Shown one piece after another: positions 36,848 to 50,295 of a DNA stretch of 64,000 bases. A program made the translations under genes and the position numbers. Position 1 is the first letter of the stretch; the number at the start of each line of letters is the position of its first letter. The notes under the pieces are model-generated. The model was given only the letters and a program-made list of their open reading frames with translations. It did no database searches and was not told the origin of the DNA. This DNA is from Octopus sinensis (Eukaryota): positions 52,266,001 through 52,330,000 of the forward strand of contig NC_043012.1 of the NCBI RefSeq assembly GCF_006345805.1, read 5' to 3'.

Positions 36848-38060
36848 GTCACATTGTCCAACTTGAATTTTCATCGGAAGTCTTTTGTCCGAGGATACAT
36901 TTGTCCAACGACTCTTTGTCCAATTTTAAATAAACTCTTTAGAAAAGAAGGTGAACTATCTCTCATGATATATTCACAGAAGTATAACGAGCCTCGTTAT
37001 AGGATTGCTATTATTGTTCTTTTTCCTTCTCTGTTAACAGTTATATTTCCTCTTTTTCCTTCTCTCGCTTTTAAGTACGGTGCTGTATACAGAGGGTGCT
37101 GCAAATTTAGTGTACACATTTTTAACTTACCCATCCCGAAATGACAGTTCATAGTATCGACCAAAAACAAAAGAAAAGTAGTTGATGAAAATCAATACAT
37201 CTACGATATTCATTCAAGCAATACAAAACCAGTAAGAGAAAACTGGAGATGTGAGAAAAAATGGCTTTGCTCAGTGCGAATTCACACCGTAATGGAAGTC
37301 AAAGAGACGAGGCGCAGGAGTGGCTTTGTGGTAAGTAGCTTGCTTGCCAACCACATGGTCACGGGTTCAGTCCTACTGAACAATGGGCGAGTGTCTTCTA
37401 CTATAGCCTCGGGCCGACCAAAGCCTTGTGAGTAGATTTCGTAGATAGAAACTGAAAGACGCCCATCATGTGTGTGTGCGTGCGTGTGTGTGTGTGTCTG
37501 TGTTTGTCCCCCCAACATCACTTGACAACCGATGCTGGTGTGTTTACGTCCCCACAACTTAGCGGTTCGGCAAAATACACCGATAGAATAAGTACTAGGC
37601 TTACTGCGAATAAGTCCAGCGGTCGATTTGCTTGACTAAAGGAGGTGTTTCAAGTGACTGAAACAAGTAAAGGAAAAGCACCTTCAATTAGCGGATGTAG
37701 ATTCGTTAAATGCTAGAAAAGCCGGAAAAGCAGTTGCAGAAATAAAGCATGAAGCGGTAGAAAACACAGCAGCAAGTTCACGAAACATAATGGCGGATAA
37801 ATTTACGCGACAAACAGAAAATACTTATTCACATCTTCCCCGTTATTACTCTTTTAAAATAACGTTTTTTTTAAAGATTTTCCCACAGTATTTTACTTGA
37901 ATCCTATCAAAATAATGCTCAATCATTTTGTGATTTTCATGTTTACCTTCTTTTCTAAACAGTTTATTTAAAATTAGACAAAAACTCGATGGACAAAAAA
38001 CAACGGACAAGAAGACGTCGGACGAAGAGACGTGGACGAAGCGACGTTGGACAACGTGAC
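36848..38060. mobile_element. Non-autonomous DNA-transposon-like element with ~90-100-bp TIRs built of GGACAA subrepeats
   Basis: Left 36848-36937 is the reverse complement of right 37961-38060 (AGTTTATTTAAAATT.GACAAA.A.TCG.TGGACAAA...GTTGGACAA.GTGAC); no transposase ORF; TSD not found. Confidence 0.72.
37311..37672 (+). mobile_element. tRNA-derived SINE family B, full length, nested in the TIR element
   Basis: GGCGCAGGAGTGGCTTTGTGGTAAGTAGCTTGCTTGCCAACCACATGGTCACGGGTTCAGTCC head; CA/TG tract; ...GACTGAAACAAGTAAAGG tail. Confidence 0.92.
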
Positions 38061-38119
38061 ATGGGTTGCACTGAGGTTTTTGTACTAATCCATTTTAGGG
38101 GAAATATATATATATATAC

Positions 38120-38390
38120 AATTGCAGCGTGGAAGGTGTTTATAAACCATTTAAGAAACACACAAAAGCCGTTCGATTCACTTCAACATTTAAGTTTAAT
38201 TTGTCAAAATATTTTCATCGCTAAAATCCGCGCTGCATTTAATTGACAAATTAAACTTAAATGTTGAAGTGAATCGAACGGCTTTTGTGTGTTTCTTAAA
38301 TGGCTTATAAACACCTTCCACGCTGCAATTGTTTTCGTTCCAGCACACGATCTCAGATCAAATTACTTGCTATGCGAGTACATCTCCGAA
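38120..38390. mobile_element. Foldback with 88-bp arms (38120-38207 / 38243-38331), flanked by (TA)n
   Basis: Arms differ at one position; 35-bp spacer; TA tracts at ~38104-38118 and ~38391-38407. Confidence 0.9.
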
Positions 38391-38535
38391 ATATATATAT
38401 ATATATAACTAAATTAATTACGACAAAGTAAGTGCAACACATGATTGTTTTCTGGATGAGGTCTTATCGTTTCTCCAAGTTTTGTGAGAACTGTGCATTT
38501 TATCTATCAATGCCTGGAATCGCAATCGGAATTTT

Positions 38536-38617
38536 GGGGTTAAGAGCGCGGGCTACTAACACAAGATACCGAGTTTGATTCCAGGCAGTGACCTGAATAA
38601 TAATAATAATAATAATA

Positions 38618-38695
<78 letters not shown>

Positions 38696-38825
38696 CAACA
38701 ACGACGACGACGACGACAACAACAACAACAACAATAATAATAATAGTAATAATAATATTAATAATAATGATAATAATAATAACATCGAAAAATACCTTAT
38801 GTTGAAGGCTTGTGTAGAACCAGCC
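38536..38825 (+). mobile_element. Second copy of the tRNA-head / (TAA)n / HHR-tail element, with expanded linker and deleted ribozyme
   Basis: GGTTAAGAGCGCGGGCTACTAACACAAGATACCGAGTTTGATTCCAGGCAGTGACCTGAATAA, ~190 bp of TAA/CAA repeats, then CATCGAAAAATACCTTA and TGAAGGCT...CAGCC (helix II arms). Confidence 0.75.
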
Positions 38826-39462
38826 ACATATTTTGGAAGTGATGATAGCAAGAATATGGTGCACATATGTGCCACAATACCAAGAACAACACGCCTCAGA
38901 CTTTTTATTCTGAGGCTTCCATCTACTGGACGAGCCGTTTTAAAAACGTCTATGAGTCATAGTTTGCTGATAATAGAACCTTGTTAAGGAGACTCTCAGC
39001 AAAAAAAGACCTGTTTTTATATCAGATTTTTCCTCTCCTAGATGTGATGCGTTCACCACGGTTAAGGAGCCCCATCTGCCCTAATATATGGAATTAAATA
39101 CATCAGGAAAATATCATTATACACATACTTATATGCGTCCAACTATCACCCTCCTCACCAAGGAAGCTTGGTGGTGTTGCCAGTTTAGTCACCGACTCCC
39201 AGATGAAATTAAGGCGACTGAGGAAGGGGAATGTTCCTTGTTTTGTATGTCTGGTACTCTATTTTTTCGTTGTTTAAGAAAAATGTCCATTTCCTTGGTT
39301 TTGTGTTTATGTTTTCGTTTCTCATTGTGTTCGACGTTTTTTTGGTGTCCTGTACCCATATATGCATGTATATATACACGTAGAGGTAGGTACGTACATA
39401 TATGTATGTATATATGCATATGTTTTATTTATTTATTAATTTATATATATATATATTTATAT

Positions 39463-39494
<32 letters not shown>

Positions 39495-40286
39495 CACGCA
39501 AGTGGGTGCTGAAACGTTCCTGATTTTAAGGTACGCCTGCTGCATAAGGGTCTGAATCTGGTAAAAGAATATCATAGCCACTGGTCCTCCTATATTTTCT
39601 GTTACTCACAGGCAGAAACTTTTCTCGTGTGTGTGTATGTGTGTGTGTGTGTGTGTTAAATAATTTCATTTACACTACAAGGTCTGTTTAAATAATCAGC
39701 ATATGGAATTGATATCTGCACACTATCTATTTGTATTAACAAAATATGAATTCCTCTCGGACTTTACTTGTCATGGACAAGAAGCCTCTCTACACATTCT
39801 ACACACCACATTCCTTGGATAATGGAACTTTAACTGTAACAACCACAATTTATTTTTATTCATATATCTCCCTTTATACTTCCTATATCTCTCACTTTCT
39901 TAAATAACTTCCCATGTTGAACTTCACAAATTCCTTGTCTTTAACTCAGCTCGTGTCTCATGATGGGATATTCTTAATTCTCTGAAACAGCTGTAAGACT
40001 ACTTTTCTCTTTATAAATGTCCTAGATATTTCACACTGCCTCGGCTTTGCTGTCTCATTTTATTTAACATATACACGCTCACACACGATCCGCATTACAC
40101 TCTTCAGTCATATTACTATCAAATCTTGAGTCTAATAGCGGTCCTTCTGTAGCACTTAAATAGCCTTACCTGCCTTTTGGGTCTTCTGGATACCAAAACG
40201 TCACTTAGTATATATATATATATATACATATTGTTGTGTCTGGGGAGAGTTATTCTCTTTTACTAACTTATATTTCCAAAAGTGAA

Positions 40287-40330
<44 letters not shown>

Positions 40331-41049
40331 GCACGAATGCTCACACACACACACACGCACGCACACACACATATATAAAGCCAACAAGAATAACAATGAC
40401 ACCTGTAATACGACCCAAGTGGGAACCTTGAGGTGGCCGAATGCTATAACTGAAATACCATTCGAATGTGTCACAAATCTCACACTTCTGTCTTCATTAT
40501 GTGAACTGAGTCCTAGACACTTTATATACAAGGGAAAAACAATGTTTGAACTTTCAAACGTCTTAATCGAATATAAACACATATGCATACACTCATTCGC
40601 ATGCTTTCCCTACTTCGTCAGTTCAAATAAAATTAATTATATTGCACTTTTTTTGTGCACTTCGGGAGTTTTAAAACCAGCCTAAAATGAGTGGTTAGCA
40701 TTGAGATAATTCTGCTAGGAGCAGAACGTAACTTCACAGTGATTGGAAGATGCATGCAAAATATTTCTTTCGCGTCTACACTTTAAACGGATGACATGGA
40801 TCATATAAAGTGAACGGGGATCTAGTTTTTTCCATTCGCAAAATATGCATTTTTCAAAAGACTGTGATAAACCTGAAAATTGGCCTTAATAGTAAAGTTT
40901 TCCAGTCTAATTGCTATGAAGGTATGATGTTGTGGAGAAAAAAAATTTGAAGAAAAAGTTACAGAGGTGTAAAAATCGAAAAATTGTGTAGTTTTAGCCA
41001 ACAGCGAAACAGAAATTTTCTGCGTTTAGCGAAGCGGTATCATCTTTAA

Positions 41050-41268
41050 CCCTTTAGTGTTTAAACCGGCCATATCTGGCCCAGATATTCTACATGTTTT
41101 ATATTCAAACTGGCAATATCTGGCCTCTCACACCTACCCGACAATGTCACTCTAAATATAAACAATCACATTATTGAAACCTCAAAGATATAAGATAATG
41201 CATGATTAATTCAAAACATTTGAGTGGAAAAGTATTACATTTAACAGAGTAATCTGAACACTAAAGGG
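41050..41268. mobile_element. piggyBac-type MITE (219 bp)
   Basis: TTAA TSD at 41046-41049 and 41269-41272; 12-bp perfect TIR CCCTTTAGTGTT/AACACTAAAGGG. Confidence 0.85.
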
Positions 41269-41526
41269 TTAAGGCTGTAACCAGTGAAATTTATGATTTA
41301 GCTTCTCTGAAATGACCTGTTCATTGTAGGTTTCTAAATAAACAGAAATACCTAATAAAATCAACAAGTATCATCTTACTGTTTCTTTTTCTCTTTATTG
41401 ATATAGGTTTCATTATATTTGTAATTTTGTTATATTAATATATTTGTCTGTATGTGTTTACTTTATCCGTATCTCAGTATTATGGATACCTGTCATGTAT
41501 TTGTGTACATCATTAATATATAAGTG

Positions 41527-41563
<37 letters not shown>

Positions 41564-42299
41564 AGGTGGGCGTTTGTCTCCAAAACTTAAAAGCTGAGTT
41601 ACGTTTTCGTGTTTGGAACAGTAAAGTACGATAATAATGATACTGGCAACAACGAATTTGTCCCATGAAAAGAAAACCAGTACCTTATAAGTTTTTGCAT
41701 GCACGATTCAAAAATAATGTCGAGTTCTCTATACTATGTTCACATATTCCATTTACCTACATAATGCCAATAAATTATATTGTCATCGCAAACAACTTTT
41801 ACTATATATGAAAAATATGTAAAATATTACAAGTGACGAAAAATATCTATGATAAAATTCTAATTGATAAATATTAATTTTTGTTAAAAGAAGACACGTG
41901 GGTGATGTCAATCTCGTAATGGGAAGAATGGACACAAGCAAGTGAAACACAACACAACGTGCGGTTGTCATGGTAACAAGCTGTTAATGCCTGACTTTCT
42001 GTTGATTGGCTAAAATTACCCAAATTTACCAACTTTAATTCCAAATAACATCAGATTCTTTAATTTACGAGACAAAGTAACTGGTTGATCGCAATCAAAA
42101 TTTAGAGTTGCATTGATACACCAAAATTGAAAGCAACCTGAGTAAAATTAAAGGGGACTCTTTTTGCGAATGAGAAAGACTAGATCCGGGAAGGGGATCT
42201 TTAAGCAATGATCAGTTATCAGTAAATGGAACGAACTCCCGGAATCTACAGTAGTCATCATTTTCACTCTCAAGAATACAGAAAATCAGTGTTCAGTGA

Positions 42300-42464
42300 C
42301 TTTTTGACAGTGTGCTAAGAGGCCTGTTTCCCAACCACATCGTTTTGGGTTCAGTTTCACTGCATGGCAACTTAGGCACCGCGTCTTCCACTACAGTCTC
42401 GAATCGACCAAAGCCTTGGTAGTAGATTTGGTAGGCGGAAACTGAAAACAGCCCATATATATAT

Positions 42465-42532
<68 letters not shown>

Positions 42533-42706
42533 TGTCTGTCTTTTTGTCTTCCCCCTCCCCATTACCGCTTCACAGCCGTTGTTTATGTTTCCGTTTGTGT
42601 AACTTAACGCTTCGGCAAAAGCAACCGCAGTCATTTTGTTCGACTAAAACACTTCAAGGTGGTGCTCCAGCAAGGCCACAGTCAAATGACTTAAACAAAT
42701 AAAAGA
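42300..42706 (+). mobile_element. Degenerate SINE family B
   Basis: CCAACCACATCG..GGGTTCAG, CGACCAAAGCCTTG..GATTTGGTAGGCGGAAACTGAAA, TGCTCCAGCAAGGCCACAGTCAAATGACT. Confidence 0.8.
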
Positions 42707-43074
42707 AAGAAATATCAGAGAATATAAGGCTTGCAAAAAAAAAAACAATTTAGAAATTGTCTTCGATTTTTTCAAAATATATATTACAAATATTGGGTAA
42801 ATTTTAAATGTCAACAATTCTTGTGCTTCTAAAGAAATAAAGAAAAAATGAGATATTTTCATATGTAATTCATAAGTTGAGCAACGTTACCTTAAGAGAG
42901 AATCGAAACAGTGCCGCAAAGTTGCTTCAGCGAGAGAATACATTTTACACTATGACACTTGGCACAAAGATTCCTCTTGTTAAAAGACTTAATAATAGTT
43001 TCCAAATTGTGGCTATCAGCATTCACGTGTGGTGTGGACGTGTGTGTGTTTGAGTGCGTATACCACCCACACAC

Positions 43075-43124
<50 letters not shown>

Positions 43125-43181
43125 TATATATATATGTATATGTATATTTATATATTCGTAGATATACATATGCGCACACAG

Positions 43182-43212
<31 letters not shown>

Positions 43213-43216
43213 TGTA

Positions 43217-43267
<51 letters not shown>

Positions 43268-43718
43268 ATGTATATGTATATATATAAACCTCTTTTATTA
43301 AAAGTGTCTTTGTGATAAATGTAGCAATTGATAGTACTGGAAATTAAACGGAACGAAACAAAGGGTACTGCTGGATAAACAAATTGCTATAAGATGAAAG
43401 GAAAACAGCTTTGAGAAAGATAGAGATAGGGGAGTAAGAAAGAGGATAAAAGTGGAGAGTTGGGAAGGGGGACAAAACTGAGGACAAAATACAAGCTACG
43501 CAATGTCGGATATAGTCTATATGGAATATAGGCAAAGTATAGACACATATATACATGCACATACATACAGAAATCTACACACACACTCGCTCGTACACAT
43601 ACACACAGAAACTTACATATTTATAGTATCGCAGGTACGAGTTCAGATCGACAAGCGTACGCATAATCGTAATAAGCAAGGGTCCTGTACAAACGCGCAA
43701 TTTGTGAGTGTATGGGGC

Positions 43719-43764
<46 letters not shown>

Positions 43765-43834
43765 AACGTATGACGCATATAGAGGGTTGCATGCGTGCAG
43801 ACAGGCATACATATAAGAAATATAAACATATCTT

Positions 43835-43910
<76 letters not shown>

Positions 43911-44326
43911 TATATATATGAGTACAAAGGAATTGCTCAGCACATCTGTGCGTTTTCTCGTGATCTTTCATCTTGTGAAGTTCATATACATATGTTTAGC
44001 TATCTCCAACGAACTCCACATCTCACCACATCTATTTATACACACTGGTTATCTCCATCCATCAATATTTTTCCCTATCAATCTTTCTCTGTGCACGTAC
44101 CCATGTATACACACACACACACATACACATACACACACACACGCACACACACACACGCTCACATGTTCGCATATAGACACATGCATACGTATCTACCTGC
44201 CTCCCTACGTATATGCATACTTGTACATACATACATACATACATACATGCATATATATATGTATACATATATATACATATAGATATATATATACATATGT
44301 AAATGCATGCATACATACATACATAT

Positions 44327-44406
<80 letters not shown>

Positions 44407-44465
44407 TAATATATATATATATATATGTATGTATGTCTGTATGCATGTATATATACATATACATT

Positions 44466-44500
<35 letters not shown>

Positions 44501-45024
44501 TTTTGTGCCCGTATACGAGTGCTTTACGTCTGCTCTATTATTCGACGCCTAACCATCGATACAACGTCAGGCACGGTGCCAAATAAGTCAAAAGTGATGT
44601 CCTTAATCTAGCTAATTACTCCATCATACACGCCATCCTGCCCAGCCTGCAGGTTATAAGCTTTTATTATTCGTAATCTCTTTCCTTTGATTCTTACTTT
44701 CTTTCATTCTTTCTTAGCTTTTATGCTGTTGTTGTTGTTGTTTTTGTTGTTTTATAGTAGGTGGTTTGATATTGTTTCATGTTTGTTATATCTTTTGTTT
44801 ATTATCATTATCGGTAGTTGTTATTTTTTATTGTATATATATGTGTGTGTGTGTGTGTGGAGTTTGAAGGTTGTCTGTGTATGAATGAATGCATATACAT
44901 ATGTTTGTGAGTAAACTTTCACACACACGCACACATATTTATATATATATATATATGTATATATATTTGTATATATATACATATATATCATTTTGCTAGT
45001 ATTTTACCATTGCTTCTTATTATT

Positions 45025-45072
<48 letters not shown>

Positions 45073-45789
45073 CAGTACTACTACTACTACTACTACCACT
45101 ACTGCTGCTGCTACTACTACTACTACACATCGTTACAGCACTCCTTTCACTGTGAAATTCATAGAAAATTGAATCACCTAACTTCCACTCCAACACCATA
45201 CCCTTTTCCCTTCTTTCTTTCGTCCCTTCCTTCTTCCTTTCTTTCTTTCTTTCTTTCCTTCTTTCTTCTTACTTTTACCTCTTCCTTGTTATCTACTAAT
45301 TCACGTTTAATGCTGACAATTAATTAATTACCAATGTTGCTAATGTTTCTTAGTAGTTCTTAATATTATGGGGTTGACTTGTTAAAGTGTGAGGAAGAAA
45401 TGTTTCATGGCATTTGTTTTGACTCAAAATATAAATATTTTGAGTTCAAATACTGCCCAGATTGAAATTACCTCCTACTTTCAACTTAGGTCTGTTCCAA
45501 CCTTGATCATTCAACGGCGACAGAATCGGGATGCTGCAGAGACTGAAAATGCGCTTACCGGTTTAAACTTCATGCTGCAGGTAGCGAATTTTTCCATCTT
45601 TGTTTTCATCCCGAAGCTTTTTAATGATTGCTGTCTGTCTTTCCTTAGTTGTTTTCTAAATGTTACCTTGACCTCATTCATATTCTACACTTACAAAGCT
45701 TGCCATGGACTCATGACTTTAACTTCACTATATTGGTATAGATTGAACTACCATGCTAATGTAATGAAAACTGGAGTAAACCCAGAACA

Positions 45790-46282
45790 CTGATATTTCA
45801 ACGATGAGGGTAAAACAGTAGACCACCTATCTCTAAACGCAAAGTTTTAGCGCCAATAGAGTATGAATCAAGACATCTCAAGTTGGCCAATATGTCAGCA
45901 TTATAAAGACAAAACTGTTGACAAATGTTACAAGCACCGCCATGAGGTCGTAACTGAGAGAGAAAACTTTCTGTGACTTTCCAATGCATTCAGACAGGAC
46001 CATCAAACTTAATAAACCGGATATTGTTTTGACATACCAAAACAATAAAATCTGTTTATTGATTGTCGTGAGCATTCTTGAGATCATAATATCTCGGCAA
46101 ATAAATGTGACAAGCTCAGAAAATATAAAAATTTGCACATTGTAATCGAAGAAAATGTGGCATTTCAACACGGTTACAATACCAGTGATTGTAGGAGCAT
46201 TTGGAATGACCAAAAGAAGGAACTGAAAATTATTTGAGAATGATCACTGGCTTGCCATCCACGCAAGAAGTGCGAAAGAATG
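45790..46282 (+). mobile_element. Degenerate R4/Dong-like LINE C-terminal (zinc knuckle / RLE) fragment
   Basis: Across frameshifts: TVDHL...VLAPIEYESRH, DRTIKLNKPDIVL, DKLRKYKNL, TIPVIVGAFGM. Confidence 0.72.
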
Positions 46283-46610
46283 GCCTCAGTATGGCTTGGA
46301 TCGACTACCGAAAGGCTCTTGATAGTATTCCCCACACGTGGATCCTCTAAACTCTAGCCATTAACAAGGTAGCACCAACAATTATAAAATATATAAGACA
46401 TTCTATGAATAAATGGCAGACAGTGCTACAGCTCTAAACAAAAGAGGGACTCGTGAAAACCAAAGCCATCCCCATTAGAAGGGGAATATTCCAGGGAGAC
46501 ACGCTCTCTCCACTCCTTTTCTGCTTGGAACTGGCACCTCTGTCTGATATGCTAAATAGAACTGGATGCGGATACAAATGTTACGGCAAAACAATCAACC
46601 ACATTTTAAC
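46283..46610 (+). mobile_element. R4/Dong-like reverse transcriptase fragment, near-duplicate of 47793-48095
   Basis: SMAWIDYRKALDSIPHTWI and IRRGIFQGDTLSPLLFCL; nucleotide sequence almost identical to the downstream copy. Confidence 0.88.
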
Positions 46611-46884
46611 TGGTATGTCACACGTATTGAGGTGAGCTTTATCACAATGAATTTTCTTTCGCTTTCCCTCTTTATTTTTTATTTCATTTTCTTTTCTATT
46701 TATTTTTTCATGTTTTCATTTTCCTCTCTTTTCTTTCTTCATTTTTTCTTTTTTCTATCACATGCCCTAACTTTATGAATGAACAACCTGGTATGTTTGT
46801 TTTAAAAGCCTAGAAATGTAAACATTGAGGTACATAGCCCTTGGTGTCGGGGAGACACTTGGCAAGAAATTGAAACAAAATTGA

Positions 46885-46952
<68 letters not shown>

Positions 46953-47183
46953 TAATAATAATAACAACAACAACAACGACAACAACAACAACGACGACGA
47001 TGATGATGATGATTATGATAATAATAATGATAATAATAATAATAACAACAACAACAACGACGACGACGACGACGGTGGTGGTGGTGGTGGTGGTGGTGGT
47101 GGTGGTGATGGTGGTGGTGGTGGTGGTGGTGGTGATGGTGGTGATGATGGTGATGATGATGATGATAATAATAATAATAATAG

Positions 47184-49622
47184 CAAGAGATACACCGGGG
47201 ACGTTTAGCATTTGAGAGCGATAAAACACGGCTCCGAAATTTATCCAAAAACATCGGAGATAAAGACATCGCATGGAGCCAAAAAATAACTAACAAATGG
47301 TTTGACTATATCCGAGTAAGTTATAATCATTGAAATTTATTTCTATTTTTCAAATGAAAAGATGTATTTTAACTGGATATCATCTCCACTGCTCGCACAG
47401 AAGATGTAAACACGCTTGATACATTATGATCCATCGACACCAGACCGTCTCCAGCTCCAAACATTATGTACAAACAAATTACAAATAAATTAAATAATAC
47501 CGGTAATCTTCAACCCAAGAATAACAATCGGGAAGTGTGTACTTTAAACTCGTTACACAAAAAGTACGAAAAACTACACGTGCAAAACAATTTGGCAACA
47601 GAAATAAACGGACCGGTACCCTACGAAAATGATGACCGTCAAAATTAAGGGCCGGACTTTGTGCCTCATTCCCGCAAATAAAAACAAAAAGGCACAGATG
47701 GCACGTGAGGAATATATTTCAATCCTACACGCTTATGATCAACTAATGATCAATAAAGCCATAACTGAAGACAGCCGCAGAAAGAAGAAATGCCTCAGTA
47801 TGGCCTGGATCGTCTACCGAAAGGCTCTCGATAGTATTCCCCACACGTGGATCCTCTAAACTTTAGCCATTAACAAGATAGCACCAACAATTATATAATA
47901 CATAAGACATTCTATGAATAAATGGCAGACAGTGAGAGACTCGTGAAAACCAAAGCCATCCCCATTAGAAGGGGAAAATTCCAGGGAGACACGCTCTCTC
48001 CACTCCTTTTCTGCTTGGCACTGACACCTCTATCTGATATGCTAAATAGAACTGGATGCGGATACAAATGTTACGGCGAAACAATCAGCTACATTTTATA
48101 TATGAATGACTTAAACTATACGCTACAAATGATAAACAGCTGGAAACACTACTACAGACAGTATATTATTTACCAAGGAAATAGATATGAAATTTGGATT
48201 AGAAAAATGCGCCAAAGCAACCCTGAAAGATGAAAACTACTTAAGAGTAGCAACATCACACTAGATAAAGCCAATGAAATAAGAGAATTAGACCAAAGCC
48301 AAACATACAGATATTTAAGAATCCATGAACTAGACACGATACAACACACACAAATGAAAGAGAAAATAATGAAAGAATACTATAGAGAGTTAGATCAATA
48401 CTAAAAACAGAGCTCAATGCTAAAAACAAGATAATAGGTATTAAGACTTTAGCCGTCCCAGTTATAAGTTACAGCTACAATATCTTTAACTGGACACTAA
48501 ATGGACCAACCAAAATAGACAGGAAAACAAGAAAAATAATGACAGGATCTAGGATGCACCACCCAAAATCTGACAGAAAGGTTATATATACAACGTATAG
48601 AAGGTGGTAGAGGCCTTATACAGTTGGAAACTATTATAAAATGGCCACCATAGGACTGCAATAATACCTACTTCAGAAGGAAGGAAAACTGACACAGCTG
48701 CAAAACACGAGCAAAACAAACAACTGTTCTCAGTATTTAAGGAAGCTGACAAATACAACCAAGAAATCATACTATCTAACAAATATGATGAAGAAGAAAC
48801 AACAAAAGCTATAAAACAATTGAAAACCAAACTAAAACTAGAACAGCAACGGACCATGATAAAACGATGGCAAGAAATGCCCCTTCGTGGCAAGTACTGG
48901 ACTAAACTAAATGCAAAAGAAATAGACAAAGAAAAATCCCAGCAGTGGTTGAAAAGCTCAGGACTTGAAGCAGAGACGGAGGGTCTTTTAAATGCAGCAC
49001 AAGACCAAAGCCTCCCCACCAGAAATTACCAAAAACATATAACGAAAATAAACATAACAAGTAACTGCAGAAGATGTGGAGATGGACAAGAAACAATAAA
49101 TCATATTATCTCTGGCTGCCCAGTACTGGCTAAGAAGAAATATGCTCACAGACACGATAGAGTTGGGACTTACATGCCAATACACACAGATAGAGGAATT
49201 AAGGCCAATAGGCCAGATATAGTTGTCATAGATCAGGAAGAAAAAATGCTTTCTAATTGATGTATCAATACCAGAAGATGGCAACGTTTCTCTAAAAGAA
49301 ATGGAGAGATTTTCAAAATACAAAGAGCTGGAAATAGAGGTAACTCGAATGGGGAATCTAAAAACAGAAACAATTCCTATCATAGTAGGCGCATTAGGTA
49401 AGATAAAAAAATATTCCGACAAATTCATAACAAAAATACCAGGACTTACGAATATATATAACATACAGAACATTGCACTACTGGGCTCTGCAAACATCCT
49501 ACGCAAAACACTTTCAATACAGTAACCATAAGAGCATCAAAACAAACCGCAGCACATACATAGGGCACACAGAGCTGCGCTTGGTAGTGAAGTGAAACCA
49601 CGATATCAAATTAAAACTACTG
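47184..49622 (+). mobile_element. Internally deleted R4/Dong-like non-LTR retrotransposon (RT, CCHC knuckle, RLE) flanked by (TAA)n
   Basis: RT motifs KALDSIPHTWI, QGDTLSPLLFCL, LYMNDL; CRRCGDGQETINHIISGC knuckle; ANRPDIVVID nuclease motif; IPIIVGALG...ILRKTLSIQ* (stop 49525); 3' UTR followed by (TAA)n; many stops and frameshifts. Confidence 0.92.
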
Positions 49623-49698
49623 AATAATAATAATGATAATAATAATAATAATGATGATGATGATGATGATGATAATAATAATAATAATAATAATAATA

Positions 49699-49738
<40 letters not shown>

Positions 49739-49929
49739 CCAAATACGACAACATGGAATAACTTCTGAAGTACGAAATTTTGTCAGAAATATTGAAAGAA
49801 AACCATGTTCAGCGTGAGAAATTATACCGGTGTACGAAGTTTCAAACTGTTTAGTTAAAAACATAATTTTACAATCTTTGAGTGAAACTGAATAGACGCA
49901 ATAATACAAGAATACATATGTATATACAT

Positions 49930-50295
<366 letters not shown>

